Shown here piece by piece: positions 1 through 7,372 of a stretch of 40,858 nucleotides of DNA; the stretch's first letter is position 1; each line of letters begins with the position of its first letter. Below the pieces are notes generated by a model. That model was not told where the DNA came from. It did not search any database and was given only the letters and a program-made list of their open reading frames with translations. The DNA comes from Ignavibacteria bacterium UBA6688 (GTDB lineage Bacteria > Bacteroidota > Ignavibacteria > UBA10030). Made by a program: the position numbers and the translations under genes. The stretch covers positions 4,819-45,676 of the forward strand of contig DKJQ01000232.1 in NCBI GenBank assembly GCA_002454845.1. Reading direction: 5' to 3'.

Positions 1-39
1 GATCGGCGGGCGTTCTCTTTTCTTCTGCGCTCCGAATAG

Positions 40-1707
40 TCATTCCTGCAATGTGGGATGTTTTCGATGATGGTCCGTAGCGTCCTGGTATGCCTTCGCC
101 ACGGCAAGGAGCACTGCTTCGCCGAATAACTTTCCCTGGAAGGTGATGCTCGTTGGTGTATTGGTCGCCGTAAATCCACTCGGCAGCACGACGCACGGGT
201 GTCCCGTGAGATTCGTGAGCAACAGGTTGCTCCCTCCAAACGACGGCGCAACATACACGTCGATATCCTTCATGATCTTTTCCATCTCCTGCACCAGCAG
301 ATACCGGACCCGGGATGCCTGGATATATTCGACTGCGGGGATAAAGCGGGCCGAGCGGAAGGTGTTGGGCCATCCTCCTTTGCCCTGGCGAACCAAGAGG
401 CTGTCCCTGCCACTGCGGGTCAGGTCATCAAACGCCGCTGCGGCTTCCGCGCCAAGCAGGAACGAAAGGTTCCCCACAGGGAGATTGGGCAGTGTTATCG
501 GTACGAGCTTTGCCCCAAGCCCGTGCAGAACGGCGAGGACGGAATCGTTATTTGCCTTGTTGGACCGGGCGCTGTCAAACTCCATTTTCAAATAGCCGAT
601 CCGGAGCTTGCGGAAATCCAGCTTTGGGTTGTAGTTGAACGGCGCGTCGATCAGGGTTTGATCAGTTTCGTCCGATCCATGCATCGCGTTAAAGACGAGG
701 GCGCAGTCCTCTACCGTCCGGCCAAGAGGGCCGATTTTATCCATGGACCAGCTCAACGCCATGGCGCCGGTCCTGCTGACCCGGCCATACGTCGGCCGGA
801 GCCCCGTCGTTCCGCACCTCGTGGAAGGGGAGACAATCGAGCCCCATGTTTCGGTCCCAATGGCAAATCCAACTAATCCTGCCGCCGTTGCGGAAGCCGA
901 TCCGGCCGATGAGCCGCTCGATCCCTGCTGATAATTCCAGGGGTTGCGCGTCATGCCGCCGAACCAGATATCCCCCAATGCGAGGGAGCCCATCGTCAGC
1001 TTGGCAACCAGCACTGCTCCCGCATTCTCCAGTTTCTTAATTACCGTCGCATCCTCTTCGAAGGTCTGATCTTTGTACGGCGGCGCGCCCCATGTCGTCG
1101 GATGTCCCTTCACCGACAGGAGATCCTTGGCCCCGTAGGGAATGCCGTGGAGGGGGCCACGGTATTTTCCCGCAGCGATCTCCGCGTCAGCCCGGAGCGC
1201 CTGCTGCATCGCAAGCTCTTCGGTCAGCGTCACGACACATTCGAGTTTGGGACCGTACCGTTTCAGTCTGCTGAGATACATGCTTGTTAACTCCACGGAG
1301 CTTACCTGTTTTGTTCGGATCAACTCAGCGAGCTGGCCGACAGAATAAAACGCGACATCTTCAAGGTTCACAGGCCTTTTTGTCCCCTTGAAGGAACTTG
1401 CCTTGAACGGTTTCCTGGTTGTTTCGATCTTCAGGCCGGCAGGGATCGGATTGAACTGAAACGCCGGCGGGATGCTGTTTTTGAGATCGACCTTTCGAAT
1501 CGCTTCATAGCTGTTCAGGTAATTATCCAAATTGCTCAGCATGGAATCGCGTTTCGCATCGTTCAGCGTCAGGCCTGCAATCCTTTCCGCATGTTCTACA
1601 TCCTCCCTGGTCACCTTCCTGGTTCCCTCCTGCAGGTAAGCCCCCAGCAAGAAACACCCTGCACAAGCGGCAAGGACCGCGCTCCGGTGAAGTAGCGTTC
1701 GTTTCAT
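40..1707 (-). CDS. Amidase-signature family amidase, exported (signal peptide, possible lipobox LAAC)
   Basis: 555-aa ORF. It has the Gly/Ser-rich AS motif GSSGSSAGSASA and GIPYGAKDLL (catalytic Lys region). The N-terminus MKRTLLHRSAVLAACAGC is hydrophobic. AAGGAG sits 5 nt upstream of the ATG at 1707. Confidence 0.85.
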   Translation of the reverse strand: MKRTLLHRSAVLAACAGCFLLGAYLQEGTRKVTREDVEHAERIAGLTLNDAKRDSMLSNLDNYLNSYEAIRKVDLKNSIPPAFQFNPIPAGLKIETTRKPFKASSFKGTKRPVNLEDVAFYSVGQLAELIRTKQVSSVELTSMYLSRLKRYGPKLECVVTLTEELAMQQALRADAEIAAGKYRGPLHGIPYGAKDLLSVKGHPTTWGAPPYKDQTFEEDATVIKKLENAGAVLVAKLTMGSLALGDIWFGGMTRNPWNYQQGSSGSSAGSASATAAGLVGFAIGTETWGSIVSPSTRCGTTGLRPTYGRVSRTGAMALSWSMDKIGPLGRTVEDCALVFNAMHGSDETDQTLIDAPFNYNPKLDFRKLRIGYLKMEFDSARSNKANNDSVLAVLHGLGAKLVPITLPNLPVGNLSFLLGAEAAAAFDDLTRSGRDSLLVRQGKGGWPNTFRSARFIPAVEYIQASRVRYLLVQEMEKIMKDIDVYVAPSFGGSNLLLTNLTGHPCVVLPSGFTATNTPTSITFQGKLFGEAVLLAVAKAYQDATDHHRKHPTLQE

Positions 1708-1721
1708 GTGTTCTCCTTAAG

Positions 1722-2549
1722 CTATGGTGTGGGTTGAACGTTTTGCTGTTGGTCGAGTGTGGAGTAGTCGAGTTCCGAGCCGAGCATGCTATGAGGGATG
1801 AGATACACCACGAGAAGCAGAAGTGACGCCCCAAGCGCCCAGACCCGTTCATGGCGTCTGCGGTGAATTGCCACGAGGGCTATGATCCATCCCAATAATG
1901 CGACGGCGGTTTTATTGTCTGTCAGGTCGGTCCCGGACGGCCAGCCGGTCCACCAGGCATCGAACGCGTACCATTGAACCGCCGGACCAAGAAGCAAGCC
2001 GCCGAGAAACAGCAGTCCCACTGTCCACAGCGCAAGTTTCTCCAGGTTTGGTTCGGAGTTGAAGAATTCCAGTCCTGCTCGGGTAGAGAAGAGCATGGCG
2101 CTGAACATGAAGATGACATGAGGGATGAGAACCCACAGCGGAACGCCTCCCCTGAATCGAATCGTGACGGGCTCAGCCCCGGGGACTGTCTCCGTCAGAT
2201 CCCCCCTGGTGAGTTGTATGCGGTATTGGAGCTTTCCCGCCGGCGGTTGATGAGGGAGCATCGCGGTCAGGACGCCATGGTCATGGACCATCGGTACCGA
2301 GCGCCAGACATCGATGGTCTTGAACCGCTTCCACTCGAGCGCCCCATGAATTTGATTATCATCCGTCCTGATCGACACCGGAGCATCGGACTCTCCGCCA
2401 TGACTGCGTTCAAGTCTGAACGGGACTACAGTTTCGCCGAGCGTGCAAGTTCCAGAGAGGGGATAGCTCGGCCCGGTGACGCGTTGAAAGACAGCAACGA
2501 CAACGGTGACAACAAACGAGAGAATCCATAAGAGTGTCGTGCGTTTCAT
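1722..2549 (-). CDS. Integral membrane protein of unknown function (N-terminal signal-anchor, extracytoplasmic domain, about 4 C-terminal TM helices)
   Basis: The ORF track gives 1722..2636. I prefer the internal ATG at 2549 (MKRTTLLWILSFVVTVVVAVF). The long form would overlap the upstream gene by 55 nt and adds a non-hydrophobic extension. Hydrophobic segments include VLIPHVIFMFSAMLF, LALWTVGLLFLGGLLLGPAV, AVALLGWIIALVAI and LGASLLLLVVYLI. No family recognised. Confidence 0.55.
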   Translation of the reverse strand: MKRTTLLWILSFVVTVVVAVFQRVTGPSYPLSGTCTLGETVVPFRLERSHGGESDAPVSIRTDDNQIHGALEWKRFKTIDVWRSVPMVHDHGVLTAMLPHQPPAGKLQYRIQLTRGDLTETVPGAEPVTIRFRGGVPLWVLIPHVIFMFSAMLFSTRAGLEFFNSEPNLEKLALWTVGLLFLGGLLLGPAVQWYAFDAWWTGWPSGTDLTDNKTAVALLGWIIALVAIHRRRHERVWALGASLLLLVVYLIPHSMLGSELDYSTLDQQQNVQPTP

Positions 2550-2581
2550 GGGGAGATCGATTGCGAGAGAGAGACAGGGGG

Positions 2582-2986
2582 TTATTTTCTTAATGAAAAG
2601 TATTTCTTCAGCGGGTCGAATACGTATTCGGTCCACCCTTTTTTGTGATTCTTGAGCTCTGTCGGATTGGGAAAATGGGAGTGGGTGAGGTTCACCGTTG
2701 TTCCGGATCCTGATCTCGTCAGTGAATAGGTGACAAGGGATTCTTCCGCGTAGACGGGCCAGTCACCGGGAAGCCACGTGTAAGCAAGCGACTCGCCGGG
2801 CTTGTACGTCCGTACCTTGCCCTTGACCCACCCATCGAACATTTCAATCTTTCCCCCAACCCGCGGCTCGACTTTTCCCCGCTGGCCGCACCATCGGGCA
2901 ATCAGCCTTTCGTCGGTCAAGGCAAGAAAGACTTCGTCCGGGCTGACGGGGAGTGTAACGGATATTTTGATGGATTTGGATTTCAA
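2582..2986 (-). CDS. SRPBCC / AHSA1-like (Activator of Hsp90 ATPase homolog 1-like) domain protein
   Basis: The domain begins at ISVTLPVSPDEVFLALTDERLIARW and ends at GWTEYVFDPLKKYF. The GTG at 3085 in the ORF track lies in the loop of the upstream terminator hairpin. I therefore place the start at the in-frame TTG at 2986 (TTG AAA TCC AAA). The start is uncertain. Confidence 0.7.
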   Translation of the reverse strand: MKSKSIKISVTLPVSPDEVFLALTDERLIARWCGQRGKVEPRVGGKIEMFDGWVKGKVRTYKPGESLAYTWLPGDWPVYAEESLVTYSLTRSGSGTTVNLTHSHFPNPTELKNHKKGWTEYVFDPLKKYFSLRK

Positions 2987-3065
2987 AAGGGCCCGTCGGT
3001 GTAAAGTGCCGGGGGAAAGGTACTCTTTTCCGGACAAACATTCATCCGGAGAAATCCTTGTTTTC

Positions 3066-3105
3066 CCAAAAAAAAGCCGCCACACGGAAATAGATGGGGC
3101 GGCTT
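3066..3105 (-). terminator. Rho-independent terminator of the 3128-3616 gene
   Basis: Perfect 8-bp stem AAGCCGCC (3074-3081) / GGCGGCTT (3098-3105). On the minus strand it is followed by a T-run (plus-strand A-run 3068-3075). It lies 23 nt downstream of the stop at 3128. Confidence 0.55.
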
Positions 3106-3127
3106 GAACATGGGGAAGAGGGTGGAC

Positions 3128-3616
3128 TTATTCGAGGCCGAGCTTTATCATAACCTTTTTATGCTCGGATGCCGCCTTCGTGGCGTTTTCATGAATGGTT
3201 CCAGCGAGTTCTTTTATGACTGAACGGTCGGGTGACTTCTTTTTCAACTCCGCCCGGATTGCCTTGACCGCTTCGGTGGCCTTTAAATGCGTTTGAATAA
3301 TCAGGGTATGGTTTTCCGAGATTTCCTCCTTCTCGTTTTCGGCGTATGTCCGGTGCATCATAACATGGTCAAGGCGGGCATTCTCAAGCGACCGTTCCAT
3401 TTCCTCCACATGCTGTCCGGCAATATCCATATTGAGTTTGTGCGGCAAAGCTACTTGTTCCTGCAGGGCCTTTGCATGGTCTGCGGTGTGCCAGAATTCC
3501 AGAGAGAAGGCCCGGTGATATTCCTCCCCCCTTCCTTCCACGGTGCGTTGTTGACTGAAGGTTGGAAGCGCGCTCACGGTGAGGAGAAGAAGTGAAAATA
3601 AGATATGCCTGATCAT
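3128..3616 (-). CDS. Secreted His-rich helical protein, unknown function
   Basis: 162-aa ORF with signal peptide MIRHILFSLLLLTVSALPTFSQQ. AAGGAG lies upstream of the ATG at 3616. The predicted mature part contains 11 His. Composition looks helical and is rich in charged residues (E, K). No family recognised. Confidence 0.55.
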   Translation of the reverse strand: MIRHILFSLLLLTVSALPTFSQQRTVEGRGEEYHRAFSLEFWHTADHAKALQEQVALPHKLNMDIAGQHVEEMERSLENARLDHVMMHRTYAENEKEEISENHTLIIQTHLKATEAVKAIRAELKKKSPDRSVIKELAGTIHENATKAASEHKKVMIKLGLE

Positions 3617-3854
3617 AAAGTTACTCCTTTCGGTACGGTGACATAAAGCCTTTGGACGCGATGCTGCATGCCATTCCGTACGACAATCTTCGTACCATCT
3701 CCCCAGCCTTCTTCGGTGTTGAAAACCGGTGCGAACAAGCGCAATGTCAATTCCGGGAATCGAGACTCCTCCCGCGCTTTATCATATTGGCGAGAATCAT
3801 TCCCGGATTTTGGAGGGAAGACTCTTTGAGTCGAAAGAGCCATACAAAGAATAC

Positions 3855-3883
3855 TTGACTCATGACCTTAGATATGTTAAATT
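3855..3883 (+). promoter_or_regulatory. Putative sigma70-type promoter of the marR operon
   Basis: TTGACT (3855-3860), 17-nt spacer, TAAATT (3878-3883). It lies 28 nt upstream of the marR ATG at 3911. Confidence 0.4.
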
Positions 3884-3902
3884 TGAACATTTCAAATTTG
3901 AA
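3879..3902. promoter_or_regulatory. Overlapping perfect palindromes, candidate MarR operator
   Basis: AAATTTGAA (3879-3887), CAT spacer, TTCAAATTT (3891-3899). TTCAAATTTGAA (3891-3902) is also a self-complementary 12-mer. This gives three copies of one 9-nt half-site overlapping the -10 element and the likely transcription start. Confidence 0.45.
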
Positions 3903-3910
3903 ATAATTCC

Positions 3911-4360
3911 ATGAAGACAACGAAACGATATGGGAAGAAAGCGGAGAGCGCACTCGGCCTTTGGGTGAAGCTGGCGCGGGCTTATCATACGTTTGCCCGC
4001 CATACGGCGGCGGACATACGTGCCAGCGGCCTCACACAACCACAATTCGGCGCGTTAGAGAGCCTCGGACACCTGGGGCCGATGCAGATCGGGGAACTCT
4101 GCCGCAAACAACTTGTCAGCGGCGGCAACATGACCGTCGTGGTCGATAACCTTGAAAAAGACGGCCTCGTTGAGCGTGTCCCCCACGCCGAGGACCGGAG
4201 GGCAATCATTGTCCGGCTTACGGCCAAAGGGAAGAAAGTGTTCGAAGATTCCTTCCCGAAACATGCACAGTACGTTACAAAAATAGCTTCGGTACTCACG
4301 GAGGAGGAACAAGCAGAGCTTTCCCAATTGTTAAAAAAATTGGGAACCGGTTTACAGTGA
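3911..4360 (+). CDS. MarR family transcriptional regulator
   Basis: 149 aa. The winged-helix region reads LTQPQFGALESLGHLGPMQIGELCRKQLVSGGNMTVVVDNLEKDGLVERVPHAEDRRAIIVRLTAKG, which is typical of MarR. Confidence 0.85.
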   Translation: MKTTKRYGKKAESALGLWVKLARAYHTFARHTAADIRASGLTQPQFGALESLGHLGPMQIGELCRKQLVSGGNMTVVVDNLEKDGLVERVPHAEDRRAIIVRLTAKGKKVFEDSFPKHAQYVTKIASVLTEEEQAELSQLLKKLGTGLQ

Positions 4361-4394
4361 TTGTAAAACATAACTCTCCGATCGCCGGAGAATC

Positions 4395-5369
4395 GTGAAA
4401 CCATTGCACACGGAAGAACACCCGAGGGGATATCCTCTCCTCGGTATCCATCATGTCACCGCACTCGCAGGCGACCCGCAGAACAACGCCGACTTCTACA
4501 CAAAGGTCCTCGGTCTGCGGTTGGTGAAGAAAACGGTGAACTTCGACGCGCCGGACGTCTATCACTTGTATTACGGAGACAAAATCGGAAGGCCGGGGAC
4601 AATTCTGACGTTCTTCCCTTTTCCGAATGCGGCACGCGGAAAACGCGGTGTGGGAGAGATTGAAGCCGTTTCCCTTACGGTCCCCGTGTCATCCATGGGT
4701 TTCTGGGCGGAGCATCTTTCCAGGCACGGTGTCGCGTTCGGCGGCCCGGCCCGGCGTTTCAACGAAGACGTTTTCTCGTTCCAGGACCCCGATGGAATGC
4801 GTTTGGAGTTGGTCTTCACGGAAGGGGCGCAAGGCCGCTCACACTGGTCCGGCAGTCCCATACCGGGCGACTCTGCTGTTCGCGGCATTTCCGGGGTCAC
4901 CCTGATGCTTGCAGACCACGAAAAAACTGCCCGGCTGCTCGTCGGGACCATGGGATTCACATTGCTTGAAACGCGCGGAGACCGTTCGCGGTACGTGATC
5001 GGCGAGGGGCACGGGCGGGCATCCCTCGACATTATGACTCAGCCCACCCTGCCCCCGTCGCGGCAGTCGGCCGGTTCCGTGCACCACATCGCATGGAGAG
5101 TGGCAACGGACGAAGGACAGCGTGCGTGGCAGGAAACCATTGCACAAGTCAACATCCCCGTCACCGATATTCTGGATAGAAATTATTTTCAGTCGATTTA
5201 TTTCCGCGAACCCGGCGGCGTCCTGTTCGAGATTGCGACCGACACGCCGGGTTTTACTATCGATGAACCAGCAGACGGGCTGGGAAGCCATCTCCAATTG
5301 CCCCATTGGCTTGAACCCGACCGCAAAAGCATCGAACGTACGCTTCCACCGATTGTCCTTCCCCTGTGA
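4395..5369 (+). CDS. Ring-cleaving dioxygenase, glyoxalase/VOC superfamily (MhqA/MhqE/MhqO-like)
   Basis: 324 aa, GTG start with GGAG upstream. The N-terminus GIHHVTALAGDPQNNADFYTKVLGLRLVKKTVNFDAPDVYHLYYGD closely resembles Bacillus Mhq-type dioxygenases. A second VOC repeat contains HHIAWRV. Confidence 0.85.
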   Translation: MKPLHTEEHPRGYPLLGIHHVTALAGDPQNNADFYTKVLGLRLVKKTVNFDAPDVYHLYYGDKIGRPGTILTFFPFPNAARGKRGVGEIEAVSLTVPVSSMGFWAEHLSRHGVAFGGPARRFNEDVFSFQDPDGMRLELVFTEGAQGRSHWSGSPIPGDSAVRGISGVTLMLADHEKTARLLVGTMGFTLLETRGDRSRYVIGEGHGRASLDIMTQPTLPPSRQSAGSVHHIAWRVATDEGQRAWQETIAQVNIPVTDILDRNYFQSIYFREPGGVLFEIATDTPGFTIDEPADGLGSHLQLPHWLEPDRKSIERTLPPIVLPL

Positions 5370-5459
5370 CAGAGACGCCCCCTTGACATCCCGGGGCGTT
5401 GCGCAGAGGAAAGACATGGAGGGGAGGGATTCATTCAGCGGTAATTTCAGGAAAAACCA

Positions 5460-5756
5460 ATGACACACTACATGGTTGATATCGATCTTCCCTCAAGCCG
5501 TTCGGTTGAGTTTCAGTCCCTTATCCCATCCCAGCGATCGCACATTAACACGCTGTTGGGGGAAGGCACCGTTGTCAGCTACAGCCTCTCCCTCGACCGT
5601 TCAAGGCTCTGGGTTATCCTTGTGGCCCAATCAGCGGATGAAGCTGCCGCCCTCGTATCCCGGTTCCCGCTCGCTCTGTTTTTCCGGACAACGATCCATC
5701 CGTTGGTGTTTCACGACGGCCTTACATTGTCCATGACAAAAGTGTCGTTGAACTGA
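5460..5756 (+). CDS. Small dimeric alpha/beta-barrel protein, muconolactone delta-isomerase-like
   Basis: 98 aa. Length and pattern (M-x-V-x-I-x-L-P at the N-terminus, PLALFFRTTIHPLVFHD at the C-terminus) resemble the MIase family. The assignment is by eye only. Confidence 0.5.
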   Translation: MTHYMVDIDLPSSRSVEFQSLIPSQRSHINTLLGEGTVVSYSLSLDRSRLWVILVAQSADEAAALVSRFPLALFFRTTIHPLVFHDGLTLSMTKVSLN

Positions 5757-5767
5757 AGAGGCTTCGC

Positions 5768-6628
5768 ATGCCCCCCGTTGCCTTGCCTCCATCGACCGGC
5801 ATCAGCTCCTTCACCCTTCAGGTTCCGAGTATACGGGAGTCGGTGGCTTTTTATAGGGACTTGCTGGGATTTGTCGTGACTGAGGTGGGGAGCTCCCGGA
5901 CGGGTCTTTCGGCGGAACAAAAAGAGGAGCCGTTCGTTTTCCTCGTCGAGAAGGGCGACGCCACACCCCGCCCCCGCGGAACGACGGGCCTTTTTCACGC
6001 GGCCTACCTGTTTCCCAACCGGAGGGAACTCGCGAGGGTCTACCGACGGTTATACGAACATGGCTGGCCGTTCCAGGGTTTTGCCGATCATGGCGTCAGC
6101 GAGGCACTGTACCTCACCGATCCCCACGGAAATGGACTCGAGCTTTATGCTGATCGGCCAAGAGCTCAATGGCCGCATCGAAACGGCGCGTTGCACATGG
6201 TCACAGAACCGTTGGATCTCGATTCCCTCCTTGCCGAGCTTGACCAGAACGATCACGAGTCGCCGGATGGAGGGTTGACCCGGATCGGACACCTTCACCT
6301 CAACGTCTCCGATCTTAAAAAAGCAAAACGCTTCTACCATGAACTTCTCGCGTTCACGTTGACCCAGGAGACGATCCCCGGCGCCCTCTTCGTCGCCGCG
6401 GGCGATTATCACCACCACCTCGGTCTGAATATATGGAATGGACCGGGAGCACCGTCTTCCCCTCCGGATGCGATCGGGTTGATACAGTTCGATATCGGAG
6501 TTCCCGACGCTGGCGTAATAGCACAACTGGCGGATCGGCTTCATGAAGAAGGGGTCACTCTTGCAGCCTGGCCGAACGGCTTTCGGACAACGGATTTTGA
6601 CGGCCTCGCGATGGTAATTCATCACTAA
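5768..6628 (+). CDS. Two-domain VOC / glyoxalase family protein (CatE-like extradiol dioxygenase family)
   Basis: 286 aa. Two VOC repeats are visible: SIRESVAFYRDLLGF...GLFHAAYLF...EALYLTDPHGNGLELY and IGHLHLNVSDLKKAKRFYHELLAF...GDYHHHLGLN. Confidence 0.8.
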   Translation: MPPVALPPSTGISSFTLQVPSIRESVAFYRDLLGFVVTEVGSSRTGLSAEQKEEPFVFLVEKGDATPRPRGTTGLFHAAYLFPNRRELARVYRRLYEHGWPFQGFADHGVSEALYLTDPHGNGLELYADRPRAQWPHRNGALHMVTEPLDLDSLLAELDQNDHESPDGGLTRIGHLHLNVSDLKKAKRFYHELLAFTLTQETIPGALFVAAGDYHHHLGLNIWNGPGAPSSPPDAIGLIQFDIGVPDAGVIAQLADRLHEEGVTLAAWPNGFRTTDFDGLAMVIHH

Positions 6629-6668
6629 GGTACCATTTCTTCACCCCTCACCTACAAAAGGAGTTTGT

Positions 6669-7256
6669 ATGAAATCATGGTCTTCCCTGTTTGTCATCGC
6701 TCTGATGAGCGTAGGACACCTGGTTGCGCAAACCCCCTGGCGAATCGACAAAGCGCATTCGCAGATCAAATTCACGGTAACGCACATGCTGGTTTCCGAG
6801 GTGGACGGAATCTTCAAGGATTACGACGTTGTTGTCGCTGCAACGAAAGACGACTTCACCGATGCCTCGATTGAGGCCACCATCAAAGCGGCCAGCATCA
6901 ATACGGAAAATGAGCGGCGGGACAACGACCTTCGGTCCGATAGTTTCTTCAACAGTGAACGGTTTCCGGAGATCACATTTAAGAGCACGTCGTTTGAAAA
7001 AGTAGGTGAGAAACAATACAAGATCCATGGCGACCTGACCATTCGCGACGTGACGAAGAAAGTAACATTCAACGCGACGAACACCGGCACGTTAAAAACA
7101 AGCCGGGGGCTCCTCTCGGGATGGAAAGCAGAGCTGACCATTAATCGGTTTGACTATGGATTAAAGTACAACCGCGCGATCGAGACCGGAGGGCTGGCCG
7201 TCAGCCAGGATGTAAAAATTACCGTTACTCTCAGGCTGAACAAACCCAGCGCTTGA
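6669..7256 (+). CDS. yceI: YceI family periplasmic (polyisoprenoid-binding) protein
   Basis: 195 aa with a signal peptide and an AAGGAG SD. Motifs WRIDKAHSQIKFTVTHMLVSEVDG, ENERRDNDLRSDSFFNSERFPEITFKS and IHGDLTIRDVTKKV are present. Confidence 0.85.
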   Translation: MKSWSSLFVIALMSVGHLVAQTPWRIDKAHSQIKFTVTHMLVSEVDGIFKDYDVVVAATKDDFTDASIEATIKAASINTENERRDNDLRSDSFFNSERFPEITFKSTSFEKVGEKQYKIHGDLTIRDVTKKVTFNATNTGTLKTSRGLLSGWKAELTINRFDYGLKYNRAIETGGLAVSQDVKITVTLRLNKPSA

Positions 7257-7271
7257 AAAGCGCTCCGAACG

Positions 7272-7310
7272 AAACAAATCCCATTGCCGTAACAAGGCAA
7301 TGGGATTTGT
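7272..7310. terminator. Bidirectional Rho-independent terminator between convergent yceI and the CDF gene
   Basis: Perfect 16-bp stem AACAAATCCCATTGCC (7272-7287) / GGCAATGGGATTTGTT (7295-7310) with a 7-nt loop. A T-rich tract GTTTCTTGTT follows on the plus strand. Confidence 0.7.
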
Positions 7311-7372
7311 TGTTTCTTGTTGGAACGGGAAAGAATTGTTCCCTAGACTTCAGGCCGGCCTTCTCCGACAGT

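Noticed and set aside
3029-3050. TCCGGA-N10-TCCGGA repeat (imperfect 10-bp inverted repeat) upstream of the SRPBCC gene as a possible operator
   Set aside because: It is short, TCCGGA is self-complementary and common in GC-rich DNA, no regulator gene is adjacent, and no second copy was seen.
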